From assembly GCF_009914755.1 (NCBI RefSeq), contig NC_060926.1: a DNA stretch of 64,000 bases; one strand, 5' to 3'. This DNA is from the human T2T-CHM13v2.0 reference genome, Homo sapiens. Positions 29,490 to 41,262 of the stretch are shown here, one piece after another. Under the pieces are notes generated by a model, which was given only the letters and a program-made list of their open reading frames with translations, was not told the DNA's origin and did no database searches. A program made the position numbers and the translations under genes. Within the stretch, counting starts at the first letter, position 1, and every line of letters starts with the position of its first letter.

Positions 29490-29570
29490 AAATACCAAAA
29501 ACCAACTGAATTGTATGCTTTAAAGTGATGGATTTTATGGTATGCAAATTACATCTCAATTTTAGAAAGG
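29490..29570 (+). mobile_element. L1M 3' end fragment
   Basis: actgaattgtatgctttaaa...ttttatggtatgcaaattacatctcaat. Confidence 0.65.
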
Positions 29571-29739
29571 AAATATTTTATTGAGCCAGTTGTTAACTTG
29601 ATTTAAAAATTGTATTCAGACACATGGTACAACACGTGGGCCTCATTTGTACTCTTGCCCCTGGGGTCCTGCAAATGTCACCAAGGAGTCTGCACATCGA
29701 GGTGTGAAATGGCAGTGGGTGCTTTGTCAACTCAGATTT

Positions 29740-31170
29740 TCAAGGAACCTGGAGCTTAGCAGTTGAGGTGGAGAGTGGTAGGAAATAAGGCTGGATCATA
29801 GACAAGGCCAGGTCCTGGAGGGCTTATGAACTGTGAGATGAACTCAGCCTTTATTGGAGGTGAGTGGGATGGAGAGGTCTTAGTTGTAGGTTGGCAGTGA
29901 GGAATCTTTTTTTTTTTTGAGATGCAGTCTCACTCTGTCACCCAGGCTGGAGTGCAGTGGTGTGATTTTGGCTCACTGCAACTTCTGCCTCCCGGGTTCA
30001 AGTGATTCTTCTGCCTCACCCTCCTGAGTAGCTGGGACTACAGGTGCATGCCACCACAGCTGGCTAATTTTTGTAATTTTAGTAGAGTCGGGGTTTCACC
30101 ATATTAAGCCAGGCTGGTCTTGAACTCCTGACCTCGTGATCTGCCCGCCTCGGCCTCCCAAAGTGCTGGGATTACAGATGTAAGCCACCACGCCTGGCTG
30201 ATTTTGCATTTTCAAATAAACAGCCATACCTTTTTACTTTCCACTCTAGCAGCTGGTGGGGAGGACAGATCTGAGAGGGACCGTTCTGGAGTCATCGAGG
30301 GCAGTCGGCTGTTGCATTCATCTAGGAGAGAGGTGTGCCAGGCCTGAACCCTAAGGCAGTGACAGTAGAAATAAGGCAGAGGAGAGGGCAGGTCATGGAA
30401 ATGCTTAGCCATAAACTCAGAGGCATGGGGATAGTGGTGGAGTGTGTGGAAGAGAAGGTGGGGGAAGAGTCAAAGGTGACTCATCATTGTGGGTAGTGGT
30501 GGCAAAAGTGGGCAGGCTTGGGGCATGTGGAGGGAGAGGACCTGCTGACTGAGAAAATGACCAGTGGGTGTTAGATAAGAAGAGGTCAAGCCCGGAGGCT
30601 GGGGTGTGGAGTCTTCATCATATCCTACTCAACCACAAGTTGGGTGAAGATGAACTCTCGTGGTGCTTGAGGGGAAGGATGAGGTTGGTCCCTTGGGAAA
30701 CACCAGTGTCATCTAGAGCAAGAAGTGGGAGAGCCAGCCTGCCGCAGAGTGTTCTAAGAAGGACGTGGTCAGTGGCACCAGATGCCATAAGACCATCAAG
30801 GAGAATCAGGAGGTACAAGCCCTGGATTTAGTGACAGTGATGATGATGAGTGCCTTTTGCCAGCTGGTACATTTCAGCGGGATGTTGCATGAAACAGCCG
30901 GGTCTCAGTGGGCAAGGAACAAGTGTGAGGCCAGGAAGTGGAGGCAGAGAGTGCAGTCGACTGCAAAGGGCATGACTCCGAGCAGCAGAAGGATGGGTTG
31001 AGGGAGGGCTTTTTTTTTTTTTTTTTAAAGATCAGAAAGCACCTGCAGGATTCAAACCCCAGCACAGGGAGTTAGAGAGACAGAAAGTCTGGCATGAGGA
31101 AGTAACCACTTGAGCCAAAGCTGACCCAAGGGAGGGCTTCATCTAAGGGAGAAGAGGAGGTGGTTACATC
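29740..31170 (-). mobile_element. L2 (degenerate), split by AluS
   Basis: ggcctgaaccctaaggcagtgacagtaga, gagtcaaaggtgactc, ccctggatttagtgacagtga... Confidence 0.65.
29907..30199 (-). mobile_element. AluS (Sg/Sc-like)
   Basis: Full dimer, cctgacctcgtgatc; no TSD evident. Confidence 0.93.
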
Positions 31171-31195
31171 ATTGCGTTTTATTTATTTATTTGCT

Positions 31196-31470
31196 TTTTT
31201 TTTTTTTGAGATGGAGTCTTGCTTTGTTGCCCAGGCTGGAGTGTAGTGGCGTGATCTCAGCTCACTGCAACCTCTGCTTCCCTCCTCAGCCTCCCAAGTA
31301 GCTGGGATTAAAAGCATGCACCACCACGCCCAGCTAATTTTTGTGGTTTTAGTACAGACAGGGTTTCACCATGTTGGCCAGGCTGGTCTTGAACTCTTGA
31401 CCTTAAGTGACCCACCTGCCTCGGCCCCCCAAAGTGCTGGGATTACAGGCGTGAGCCACCGTGCCAGGTC
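31196..31470 (-). mobile_element. AluS with short internal deletion
   Basis: TSD ttatttgct (31187-95 / 31471-79). Confidence 0.93.
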
Positions 31471-31479
31471 TTATTTGCT

Positions 31480-31650
31480 ATTTTTAATAAAAATATTAAT
31501 GTACGTGGTAAAAAAATCAAACACTACAGCAAATGTATAAAATGAAAAGTAAAATTCTGTACTTTTCAGACTCCCTTGTCTCTCCTTGTCCAAAGGTAAC
31601 AGTTATGATCAATTTCTTATATATTCATCCAGAAAAAATTTTATACATAT
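31480..31650 (-). mobile_element. L1ME-type 3' fragment
   Basis: aaaaaatcaaacactaca...aaggtaacagttat...tttcttatatattcatccagaaa. Confidence 0.55.
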
Positions 31651-31659
31651 GGAATTCTC

Positions 31660-32200
31660 TTTAAAGATGAGAGAGATTTGGCTGACTTTAAATACTGATG
31701 GAAAAGAGCTATATAGAGAAAACGGTGAAGACAGACGGAAGGCTGATGGGAGAGAACTGGTAGCCAGCTCACTCCCGGGGGTGGGGAAGGAACCCAGGGG
31801 AGGGGAGAAAAGAGGCCTGGCTTGGTGGTGGAAATGCAGGTTTTTGCTGGGACTGGAGGGAAGGGCAGGGAGCAGGGATGGTGGAAGTGAGGTCAAAGTG
31901 TGCAAAACCATGATTTATGATGTCAGCGGTGGGGTGATTCAGGAAGATGGTGTAGGTGTGGCAGAGGCCATGAACATGGGTGGATGGAGTGGAGGTGAAA
32001 GTCATGGTGGTTGGGGATCGTTGAGCCCGGGATGTTGGATGAGTTCTTCACACGGATATTAAAATCTCTTAAGATGATGGTGGGTGCCAAAGTTCTCAAT
32101 GGAGGTAAAGCATAGTCTGGAAAGAGGAATGTCAGAAGAGAAAAAGCCAAGGGTGGAAGCTAACGTCCTGGAAGCAACTGGGAGCAGGAAGCAACTGGGA
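31660..32200 (-). mobile_element. L2 ORF2 N-terminal (APE endonuclease) remnant
   Basis: Minus frame PTIILRDFNIRVKNSSN resembles the L2/CR1 APE motif IILGDFNIHVD; adjacent frame PSTHVHGLCHTYTIFLN resembles PTH.xGHTLDL. Confidence 0.65.
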
Positions 32201-32210
32201 GCAGGAAGCA
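32170..32210. repeat. 17-bp tandem duplication (ggaagcaactgggagca x2.4)
   Basis: Perfect direct repeat read from the sequence. Confidence 0.9.
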
Positions 32211-32627
32211 TATCTTCTCTGTCTTCTTGCCTTGGGTCCTGGGCATGTGGGACAATAAGCAGCCTCTCCTTGCGAAAGCAGGAGGTGGATGGTGCATTTA
32301 GCAGAAAGGCTGAGAAGCAGAGGGGGTTGTCTTCACGGGAACAAGGTCTCCAGGGTGTTCCAGGTGGGGAAAGGGCCTTGGGGAAGTGGGGTGGCTATCA
32401 GTGGCCCAAGGAACCAGCTGGGGGAGGCAGCCAGCAGGAAGGAGAAAACGTGGGATGGGGTGGATAGGATGTGTGGGAGGACTATGGATGAAGTAATGGG
32501 CCTTAGTGCTCCCATCTTTGATGCCTATAGTTTTGGCAGCTGCTGAGCTCTCTCGGCCAGGTGGCATGACAGTCACCCCAGAGCCCATGGGTGGAAGCAG
32601 TTGTATCTGGTTTGAATAAGAGTTGGG

Positions 32628-33417
32628 TGTTGCCTTCGTTTGCTAGGGCTGCCAATAACAAGGTACCACAGACCGAGGGGCTTCAGCAGGAGAAATTTGT
32701 TGTCTCACAGTTCTGGAGCTCGGAGTCAAATCAAGGTGCTTGTCAGGTCGGTTCCTTTTGAGGACCATGAGGGACAGATCTGTTCCAGGCCTCTCTTCTT
32801 GGCTCATAGATGGCCATCTTCTTCTCTCTATGTCTCCTCTATCCTCCCCTCCCCTCCTTTTCCCTCTGCTTCTTTCCTCTCCTCCTCTTCTCTTTTATCT
32901 TCTTTTCTAGACAGAGTCTCACTCTGCCCCCCAGGCTGGAGTGCAGTGGTGCAATCACGGTTCACTGCACCCTCAACCTCCCTGGGCTCAGTTGATCCTC
33001 CCTCTTCAGCCTCCCTAGTAGGTGGGACTACAGGCACTTGTCACCATGCCAGGCTAATTTTTGTAATTTTTATAGAGATGCAGTTTTGCCATGTTGCCCA
33101 GGCTAGTCTCCAGCTCCCGGGCTCAAGCCTTGGCTTCCCACAGTGCTGGGATTACAGACATCAGCCACTGTGCCTGGGCCCTACTATGTCTTTTCATATC
33201 ATTTCCCCTTTATATTAATACATATCTGTCTCCCAATTTCCCGCTTTTATAAGGACACCAGTCAGATTAGATTCGGGCTCACCCTAGTGACCTCATTTTA
33301 ACTTAATTACCTCTGTAAAGACCCTATCTCTCTGAATAACAGTACATTCTGAGCTGCTAGAGGTAGGATTTCAACATATGAATTTTGGGGGAGGGGTGCA
33401 CAATTCAGCCCATGGCA
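32628..33417 (-). mobile_element. MLT1B-like MaLR solo LTR, split by AluJ
   Basis: gctagggctgcc..aacaaggtaccacagac...ttataaggacaccagtca...cacaattcagcccatggca. Confidence 0.85.
32836..33180 (-). mobile_element. AluJ-like with CT-rich tail
   Basis: atcacggttcactgca, cctgggctca; TSD ctatgtct. Confidence 0.88.
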
Positions 33418-33419
33418 GG

Positions 33420-33562
33420 TGTCCTTGGGCAAGATACATAATCATTCTTAGCTCCAGCTGCCCTGGCTATTAACTGGTGATCATAGCAGCCTTAATCCAC
33501 TGCATTGTTGTAAGGATGAAGTAAGAACAGTGCCTGGCACATTTTAAGTGTTTGATACCAAT
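33420..33562 (+). mobile_element. MIR fragment
   Basis: gtccttgggcaag...ttgttgtaaggatgaa...agaacagtgcctggcacat. Confidence 0.6.
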
Positions 33563-33564
33563 TC

Positions 33565-33644
33565 TCATCATCATCATCATCATCATCATCATTATCATCA
33601 TCATCATCATCACCATCATTATCATCATCATCATCATCACCATC
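33565..33644. repeat. (ATC)n trinucleotide microsatellite
   Basis: About 26 units with ATT/ACC interruptions. Confidence 0.95.
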
Positions 33645-34299
33645 TGGACCTTCTCCCTGGGTTTGGAGACTAGTGAACAGCAAAGGCAGTGAGCTTCTCT
33701 ATCATTCTCCTGAGCTCATCATCTCAGGTTGGGAGCTCACAGAGAGACCCAGGTCAGGTCTATAGGGAATAGCTGCAGGCAAAGCTAATTTTCTCCATCA
33801 TTCTCATGCAGATGAAATTAGCTTTAAAATGAGCATCAGGTTCAGCTTGAAATCGCAAAAGGACAATATACTGCCTGAGTGGGTAGCAAAAAGGAGAGGG
33901 GCAATCCTAACACTTTCTTTTACTTTTTATGGGGGGAGGAGAAAAGAGGGAGTGTTGGCTTTGTTATCTGCATGTAAATCACAGAGCTTTAGGTACTGCT
34001 GGTGGGGAAGGTTGTTTCTTTTGTCTTGTCACTCTGAACCATTGTCTTACTACCTGTGCCTCCAGGAGGTATTATGTAACCCACCCCAAACCAGAGGTCT
34101 GGCGTGATTTCAGAATTTGTGAGAAAGGCAGATTCTCTTGGCGGTATCTGGAGCCGACTTCTGTAGTGCTGTGAACCCTCTGGAAAAGGGTTTTGGAAAC
34201 CTAGGAAGCCCAGAATCTTCCTGCAGATTGATAGGAATTCCTTATACTGATTGTTCTCAAATGGAGTCCCTTGAATCAGGTTGATATGCATTCCTTATA

Positions 34300-34852
34300 C
34301 TAATTGTTCTCAAAAATGTAGTCCTTGAATCAGCAACGTCAGCATCACCGGTGGAGTTGTTGGAAATAAAAATTCTTCGGCTCTACCTTAGACCTCATGT
34401 TATGGTTTGAATGGATCTTCTCCAAAAATCAGGTGTTGAAACTTAACGGACAATGTGATGGTGTTAAGAGGTGGAGCCTTTAAGAGGTGATTAGGCCATG
34501 AGGGCCCTCCCTCATACAGGACTTCATGCTGGTTCGCCCTTCCGCCTTCCACTGTGTGAGGATGTAACATTCCTCCCGTCTGGAGGATGCAGCAACAAGG
34601 CACCATCTTGGAAACAGACAGCGTCTGTCATCTGGCAATTGAACCTCTTGGTGCCTTAATCTTGGACTTCTCAGCTTCCGGAACTGGGATGAAAGTAAGA
34701 GAAAGTAAGTTTCAGTTCTTTGCAAATCACTTAGTTTCAGGTATTTTAGTTAAAGCAGCACAAAATGGACTAAGACACTTGCTGAACCAGAAAACTGGGT
34801 ATAGGGCTTGGCTATGTGTTTGAAAAAGCTCATGCTAAGGTTTGAGAAGCGC
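34300..34852. mobile_element. MER5A-type hAT, split by MST LTR
   Basis: ttgttctcaaa..gtagtcc...cagcatcacc..ggagttgttggaaat; resumes gctgaaccagaaa...aaggtttgagaagc. Confidence 0.6.
34398..34777 (+). mobile_element. MST (MSTC/D-like) MaLR solo LTR
   Basis: tgttatggtttgaatg...gaggtgattaggccatgagggc...gcagcaacaaggcaccatcttgg...aaatggactaagaca. Confidence 0.85.
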
Positions 34853-35494
34853 CACATTATATATATGATACTCTCCCCACCCCCTTTGAGTACAAGCATT
34901 TAAGCATTTATAAATTTCGTTCATAAATCTCATCTTGTTCACTGGAACATCATGAACCTAACGTTGTGAGTGCTTCCTGGGCCTCTGAGTAAGAACGGTT
35001 CCTTTTGATCCTATATAGGGATGGTCAGTCCTCTGTAGTGCCTTTGTAGCTGTGTGGCTGTGCCAGGATGTATGCTGGCTCTTGGCTTGGGGTGGGGGGT
35101 TCAGGCATCTCAGAGATAGTGTGGAATGGTGCAAAGCACTGGGTGGCATTTGCTGGGCCCATTCTAGTCCTGCCTCTTTAGCTAACTAGCTGCATGACAA
35201 CTTGAAAGCCAGCAACACAGTCAACGTATTTATTGGCATCTTGACTATAGAAAGCATCATCATCAAGTTATGAATGACACAATCAGGGAGGAAGGGACAG
35301 AAATATGCTGGATGACAGAAATCAGAATAAACAAAAGTTTAATTTATAGGCTCAACATAGCAAGATGGAATTTTACTGGGATAAGTGTCAGGTCCTATAC
35401 ATAGTTCTGCTAATACCTAGCTATATCAGGAAGGGTTGAAAGAGATGTGTCAAGAGAAATATTTGTGCAACATGTTTTTGGGTTTTTACTGTGA

Positions 35495-36175
<681 letters not shown>

Positions 36176-36283
36176 CCATTTCCCATTTTTAAATCTACAA
36201 TTCAATGGCATTAATTACATGACATTGTTGTGCAACATCAACACTATCTATTCTGAAATGCACGTATTTTAAAAGTGAGTCTA

Positions 36284-36503
36284 GGCCAGGCGTGGTGGCT
36301 CATGCCTGTAATCCCAGCACCTTGGGAGGCTGAGGCAGGCGGATCACGAGGTCAAGAGATCGGGACCATCCTGGCTGAGGCAGGATGCTGAGGCAGGAGA
36401 ATCGCTTGAACCTGGCCAGGTGGAGGTTACAATGAGCCGAGATTGCGCCACTGCACTCTAGCCTGGCGACAGATTGAGACTCCGTCTCAAAAAAAGAAAA
36501 AAA
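36284..36503 (+). mobile_element. AluSc-like with internal deletion
   Basis: ggtcaagagatcg; linker missing; TSD aaaagtgagtcta. Confidence 0.92.
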
Positions 36504-36575
36504 GTGAGTCTACAGAAAGCTCAGTGTGTACCAAACACTCATTCTACCTATTCATTTAGTGAAGAATCATTTATT

Positions 36576-36824
36576 GGCTAGGAGTGGTGGGAGGCAGAGG
36601 TGGGTGGATCACAAGGTCAGGAGTTCAAGACCAGCCTGGCCAAGATGGTGAAACCCCGTCTTTACTAAAAATACAAAAATTAGCCAGGCGTGGTGGCAGG
36701 CACCTGTAATTCCAGCTACTTGGCAGCCTGAGGCAGGAGAGTTGCTTGAACCCCGGGGGTGGGGAGGTTGCAGCGAGCAGAGATCATGCACTCCAGCCTG
36801 GGTGACAGAGTGAGACTCCGTCTC
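36576..36824 (+). mobile_element. AluS (Sg-like) without poly(A) tail
   Basis: TSD agaatcatttatt (36563-75 / 36825-37) abuts gactccgtctc directly. Confidence 0.9.
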
Positions 36825-37305
36825 AGAATCATTTATTGAGCGTCTTCCATACACTAGAGAGTAGGGTTGGTAAAATGGATTAAAAGAAAAAAGAATGCCA
36901 TGAGGCTACCCAAACTGTTAGTAGAATCTTAGGTTTTATATACAGAACTATAGCATCTGGCAAATGGGAGTTGATAGAACTGCAGTATTCACGGATTGAG
37001 CAGTGTGTTGAGTCCTTAAGCACCGCATTTGAAAAGATGGCTGCGACTGTACTGGATGGTGATGAGGCGTATGAGCAATGGAACCAGGGACATTTGGGTT
37101 AGAAAACAGAAACTCAGGGAAGGCGTCAGTGCAGTTTTTAGTTATCTCAAGGTTTCATCCCGTGGAAGAAAGAAAACTTGGTGCTTTGTTATGTTCAGTT
37201 CCTGGGGATATATGTTATGGAACAGGGGAATGGATTTCAGATCAATGCAAGGGAAGACCTATCAGTCTCCCCTGCTCAAGGCCCAGGAGACATTTAAGCT
37301 TTAAA

Positions 37306-37460
37306 TGTATATGTATATATATATAGTAACAATTCATACTATGTAGTGTGTGTGTGTGTATATATTGTGTGTATATATACATGGTGTGTGTATATATAGT
37401 GTATATAGAATGAATTGTATATATTGCATATATATTGTATATATACTTTCTATATATATG
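37306..37460. repeat. TA/TG-rich low-complexity simple repeat
   Basis: Degenerate (TA)n/(TG)n. Confidence 0.85.
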
Positions 37461-37913
37461 ACAATAAATTGTATGGTTTCGCCACCTGTGGGCCTGACAG
37501 GGCAGGGGTGAGGGTGGAGAGCTGTGGAATGTTGTATTAACCACACTTAGCCCTAAGAAGCAAACTGGTACATCTGTTTGTTTTGGAAGTGGGGAAATAG
37601 AATTAAAGCCATGGAGGATAATCTTCATACTTGATTACTTTCTTTTTTATTGCTCTCTCCTCCCTCTCTGCCTCCCTGTTGTGGATTTGGGACCTTGAAG
37701 ACTCTTTAAAACGGCCGCTGCTTTCAGGCAGCTGCTGTCTTGGCTCCTCCTGCCTACTTAGGTCTTCCCTTCTCAGGGAGCAGGAGCCTGAGGTCCCACC
37801 AGCACCAGGGCTGGGCCACAGCCAGCTTAGCCATGGTGGAAAATACGGCCTTTTCAGGACATATATGCCTGAGCAATTTAAGAGAATACACATACACATA
37901 CACACACACATGT

Positions 37914-38297
37914 TGTATTAGTCCATTCTCACACTGCTATAAAGAACTACCTGAGACTGGGTAATTTATAAATAAAAGAGGTTTAATTGGCTCATGGTTT
38001 TGCAGGCTGTACAGGAAGCATGGCTGGGGAGGCCTCAGGAAACTTACAATCATGGTGGAAGGTGAAGGGAAAGCAGGTACGTCTTACATGGCTGGAGCAG
38101 AAGGAAGAGAGAGAGGAGTAAGGTACCACACACTTTTAAACAACCAGATCTCATGAGAACTCACTCACTATCATGAGAACAGCAAGGGGGAAGTCTGCCT
38201 CCGTGATCCAATCACCTCCCACCAGACCTCACCTCCAACACTGGAGATCATAATTTGACATGAGATTTGGGTGGGGGCACAAATCCAAACCATATCA
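37914..38297 (-). mobile_element. MSTA-like MaLR solo LTR
   Basis: tgtattagtccattctcacactgctataaag...gaggcctcaggaaacttacaatcatgg...aaatccaaaccatatca; 5-bp TSD catgt/catat. Confidence 0.92.
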
Positions 38298-39030
38298 CAT
38301 ATAATGTGAAGAGCAAACACTTTTGAAATTAGAGGAAAATGTGTAAGAATTTGTCAATCACTAGTCCCTACACAGTAATCCCAAGAAACTGAAAACAAAA
38401 GGACTTCCCTTGAAATGACAGTTTCCACTTAAAAGATCAAAGAACATTAAAAGCATCAATCAACAAACATTTATTGAACATTCTAGATAATCCTTAAAAT
38501 CCTTGCAGAGTGACTACCCAGGAGCTTTTACCCAAGTTCACTAAAAAATTCAAAGGGCTCCCTCCACCCTAGAATGCCTCCGGCCTGGAGGCTGCTTTCT
38601 ATTTTTGCAGCATGAGTGGATTATCTGGGTTACTGTGGTGACCTTCTGTGGTCCCCACACAGCTCTCTTCCCGCTGGTGTAACTGGGCCAAGGTGGCAGC
38701 CAATGCCTGGGCAAGGTGTGGGCAATAGGCCAGACTGGGATGCTCTGCAGAGCTCCTGCGCATTTGCCTGGTGGCTGGGGAGTAAGTTCAAAAAGGAGCA
38801 GGCAGTCATGAGTATGACTTCCACCTCTGACACCTATCTTTGGGAGCCACCCAGCTCACTCTGCAGCAGTGACCCAGGCATGGATATTGTGACTGCCCTT
38901 CCCAGATTGAGTAACTAGATGGGAACAGGTAGTTCAAGCTGGCACCTTGCTCACACCTAAGGTGGTGTTATAGCTGGGTCATTTCCCGAAAGCTACTGGA
39001 AAGGGTATTCTGTAAGAATTATGTCGTCTG

Positions 39031-39327
39031 GGCTTGGCATGGTGGCTCACACCTGTAATCCCAGCACTTTGGGAGGCCGAGGCAGGCGGATCACAAGGTC
39101 AGGAGATCAAGACCATTCTGGCTAACATGGTGAAACCCCGTCTCTACTAAAAATACAAAAAATTAGCCAGCATGGTGGCGGGTGCCTGTAGTCCCAGCTG
39201 CTAGGGAGGCTGAGGCAGAAGAATCACTTGAACCCGGGAGGCAGAGGTTGCAGTGAGCCGAGATCACGCCACTGTACACCAGCCTGGGCGACAGAGTGAG
39301 GAAAAAAAAAAAAAAAAGAAACAAAAA
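39031..39327 (+). mobile_element. AluSc-like
   Basis: gagatcaagaccattctggctaacatgg with S-type right arm. Confidence 0.93.
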
Positions 39328-39399
39328 TAGAAATCTGGGCTCAATCAAGTAAGAATTTAGTTGCCTACAACATTGCTCCATTTCCTTTCCAGGTGATGG

Positions 39400-39590
39400 C
39401 AGCAGTGTGGGGCAGTGGGAAGGGCTGAGTCGGAAGTCAGGGCTCCTGGGTTCTACTTCTGGTTCTGCTGGTCACTAGCTCTGGCCCCTTATATGCGTTT
39501 TTTGACCTCTTGGGCTTCATTTCTCTGTTGATGGAAGAGACGCCCATCAGATGATTGCTGAAGGCCCATCCTGCTCTAAGACCTGATGAC
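39400..39590 (+). mobile_element. MIR fragment
   Basis: cctgggttcta...gtcactagct...gacctcttgggcttcatttctc. Confidence 0.55.
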
Positions 39591-40404
39591 ACCTAAAGGA
39601 ATGATGCCTAATGTCCTGACACTCACAAGTTACAAATAGCACTCCAAACCGGAGGACACAGTAAGAGCTACATTCATGGGTTTAACTGGTCTCTAAGAGC
39701 AGTTTAAATACCTGGGTAACCAGTCCCCATTACCCGCTCCCCAGTTACACCCTCTGATGGTTCCATTCACTTCTTTTCAGAGACCCTGACTGAGAAAGTG
39801 GGGGGCTTCAGGATGAGAACACCCCGTCCCATAAGGGAGACCCCTCTGCTGTCCCTGGGATCCCAATACCACTGAGCCTGGCCATCAGTGTCATCAACAT
39901 CAGGCCCTGCTTCTCTGGGGTGCTGCTTCTCCTGCAACCTCGGCGCACTGAGCGTGTGTCTGGAGGTTCTCTGGGCAGCACCTGCAGCAGAGCTGGCCAT
40001 GGCAGCCTCCCTTGGGTTTGCATGTGCTCTTCCTGACCAGATTGGTGAGGATACAGGCCTGCCAGCCTCCACCAAGGCCAGTATTGGTGTTGACAGACCA
40101 ACCTGCAGCCTCCTCTTTCTGGGCGGCAGAACATAGGGTCCTCAGGCAAAATGCTCTCCTATACACTCCCCTGAACTCCCCAGTAGCCTGTGCCCTCCAG
40201 CTGGGGGGCACTGGGACTGCCATGGCCTCTTTATGCCCCCAGGGTACAGCCTCTGCTCAGATGCATTAGGGTAAGGCCCCAGCCCATTGCTTATGGGACC
40301 AGAGGCATCACACACAAGGGAAGCCGGCTGGGAGTGCGTATTAAGGCTATAGCCACAGCTGCGATGAATAGCCTGTAAAAGGGGCTCCAGCGTTGGGAGA
40401 CAGT

Positions 40405-40446
40405 GGAGAGTGGAGGACTGTGGAGGGAGAGTGGGGGACTGTGGAG
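40405..40446. repeat. 21-bp tandem duplication
   Basis: ggagagtgg(a/g)ggactgtggag x2. Confidence 0.85.
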
Positions 40447-40950
40447 GGCACATGCCCAGCTGCAAAGGGACAGCCATGACTCGGCTCTGGCCAGAAAGTA
40501 AACACAATGGAGCCAGAGAGCTGATTTCTCAAGAGAAGCAATGATCTGGATTTTTTTTTTTTAAGGTGGAATTCTTCTCTTGATCTTTAAATGCTGGCAA
40601 TGATTTCAAACTTTAGAAACTCTGCATGGGCCAATACTGTATCAGACAAACTGAACACATCTGTGAGTCCCATTTGCTGGAGGGCCTCTGTATCTAGCCT
40701 CCTTGGCAAGGGCTGCTCAAGCCAAGAGCTGTCTTCTTGTCGACAGACAGACAGACAGACTCACGGATTGACAGATGCTTTTGGGCCTTGTTTCCCCTGG
40801 TTGCCCAGCAGAAAGCTGTGGTTCCCCATGTGACCTGAGGCAGGGCTCTGGCTAAACCCTTGGGAACTAGTGTGTGGACCAGATACGGGGTCCCTGAACT
40901 TGGACTAGATTGGAAGTTGGCCAAAATGACACCTCTGCTCCACCACCCTC

Positions 40951-41262
40951 TTCCTTTTCTTTTGAGGCAGGATCTCACTCTGGTTCCCCAGGCTGGAGTG
41001 CAGTGCCACGATCATGGCTCACTGCAGCCTCGACTTCCTGGGTTCAGGTGATCTTCCCACCTCAGCCTCCCCAGTAGCTGGGACTACAGGTGAACAGTAC
41101 CATGCCCAGCTTATTATTTTTTTTTCTTTCTTTTTTTTAGTAGAGACAGGATTTCACCCTGTTGCCCAGGCTGGTCTTGAGGCCGCTCTTGGGCTTAAGT
41201 GATCCACTGCCTTGGCCTCCCAAAGTGCTGGAGTTACAGGTGTGAGCCACCGGTGCCTGGCC
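40951..41262 (-). mobile_element. AluJ-like
   Basis: atcatggctcactgcagcctcgac. Confidence 0.9.

Noticed and set aside
33492-33683. Poly-Asp ORF
   Set aside because: Antisense reading of the (ATC)n microsatellite.
33781-33825. 11-bp perfect inverted repeat aaagctaattt...aaattagcttt
   Set aside because: AT-rich arms with a 23-nt spacer; about one such repeat is expected by chance in a window this size.
39014-39366. Possible 3' transduction after AluSc (gtaagaatt recurring ~20 bp past the tail)
   Set aside because: The putative TSD matches only 14/18 and there is no second poly(A).
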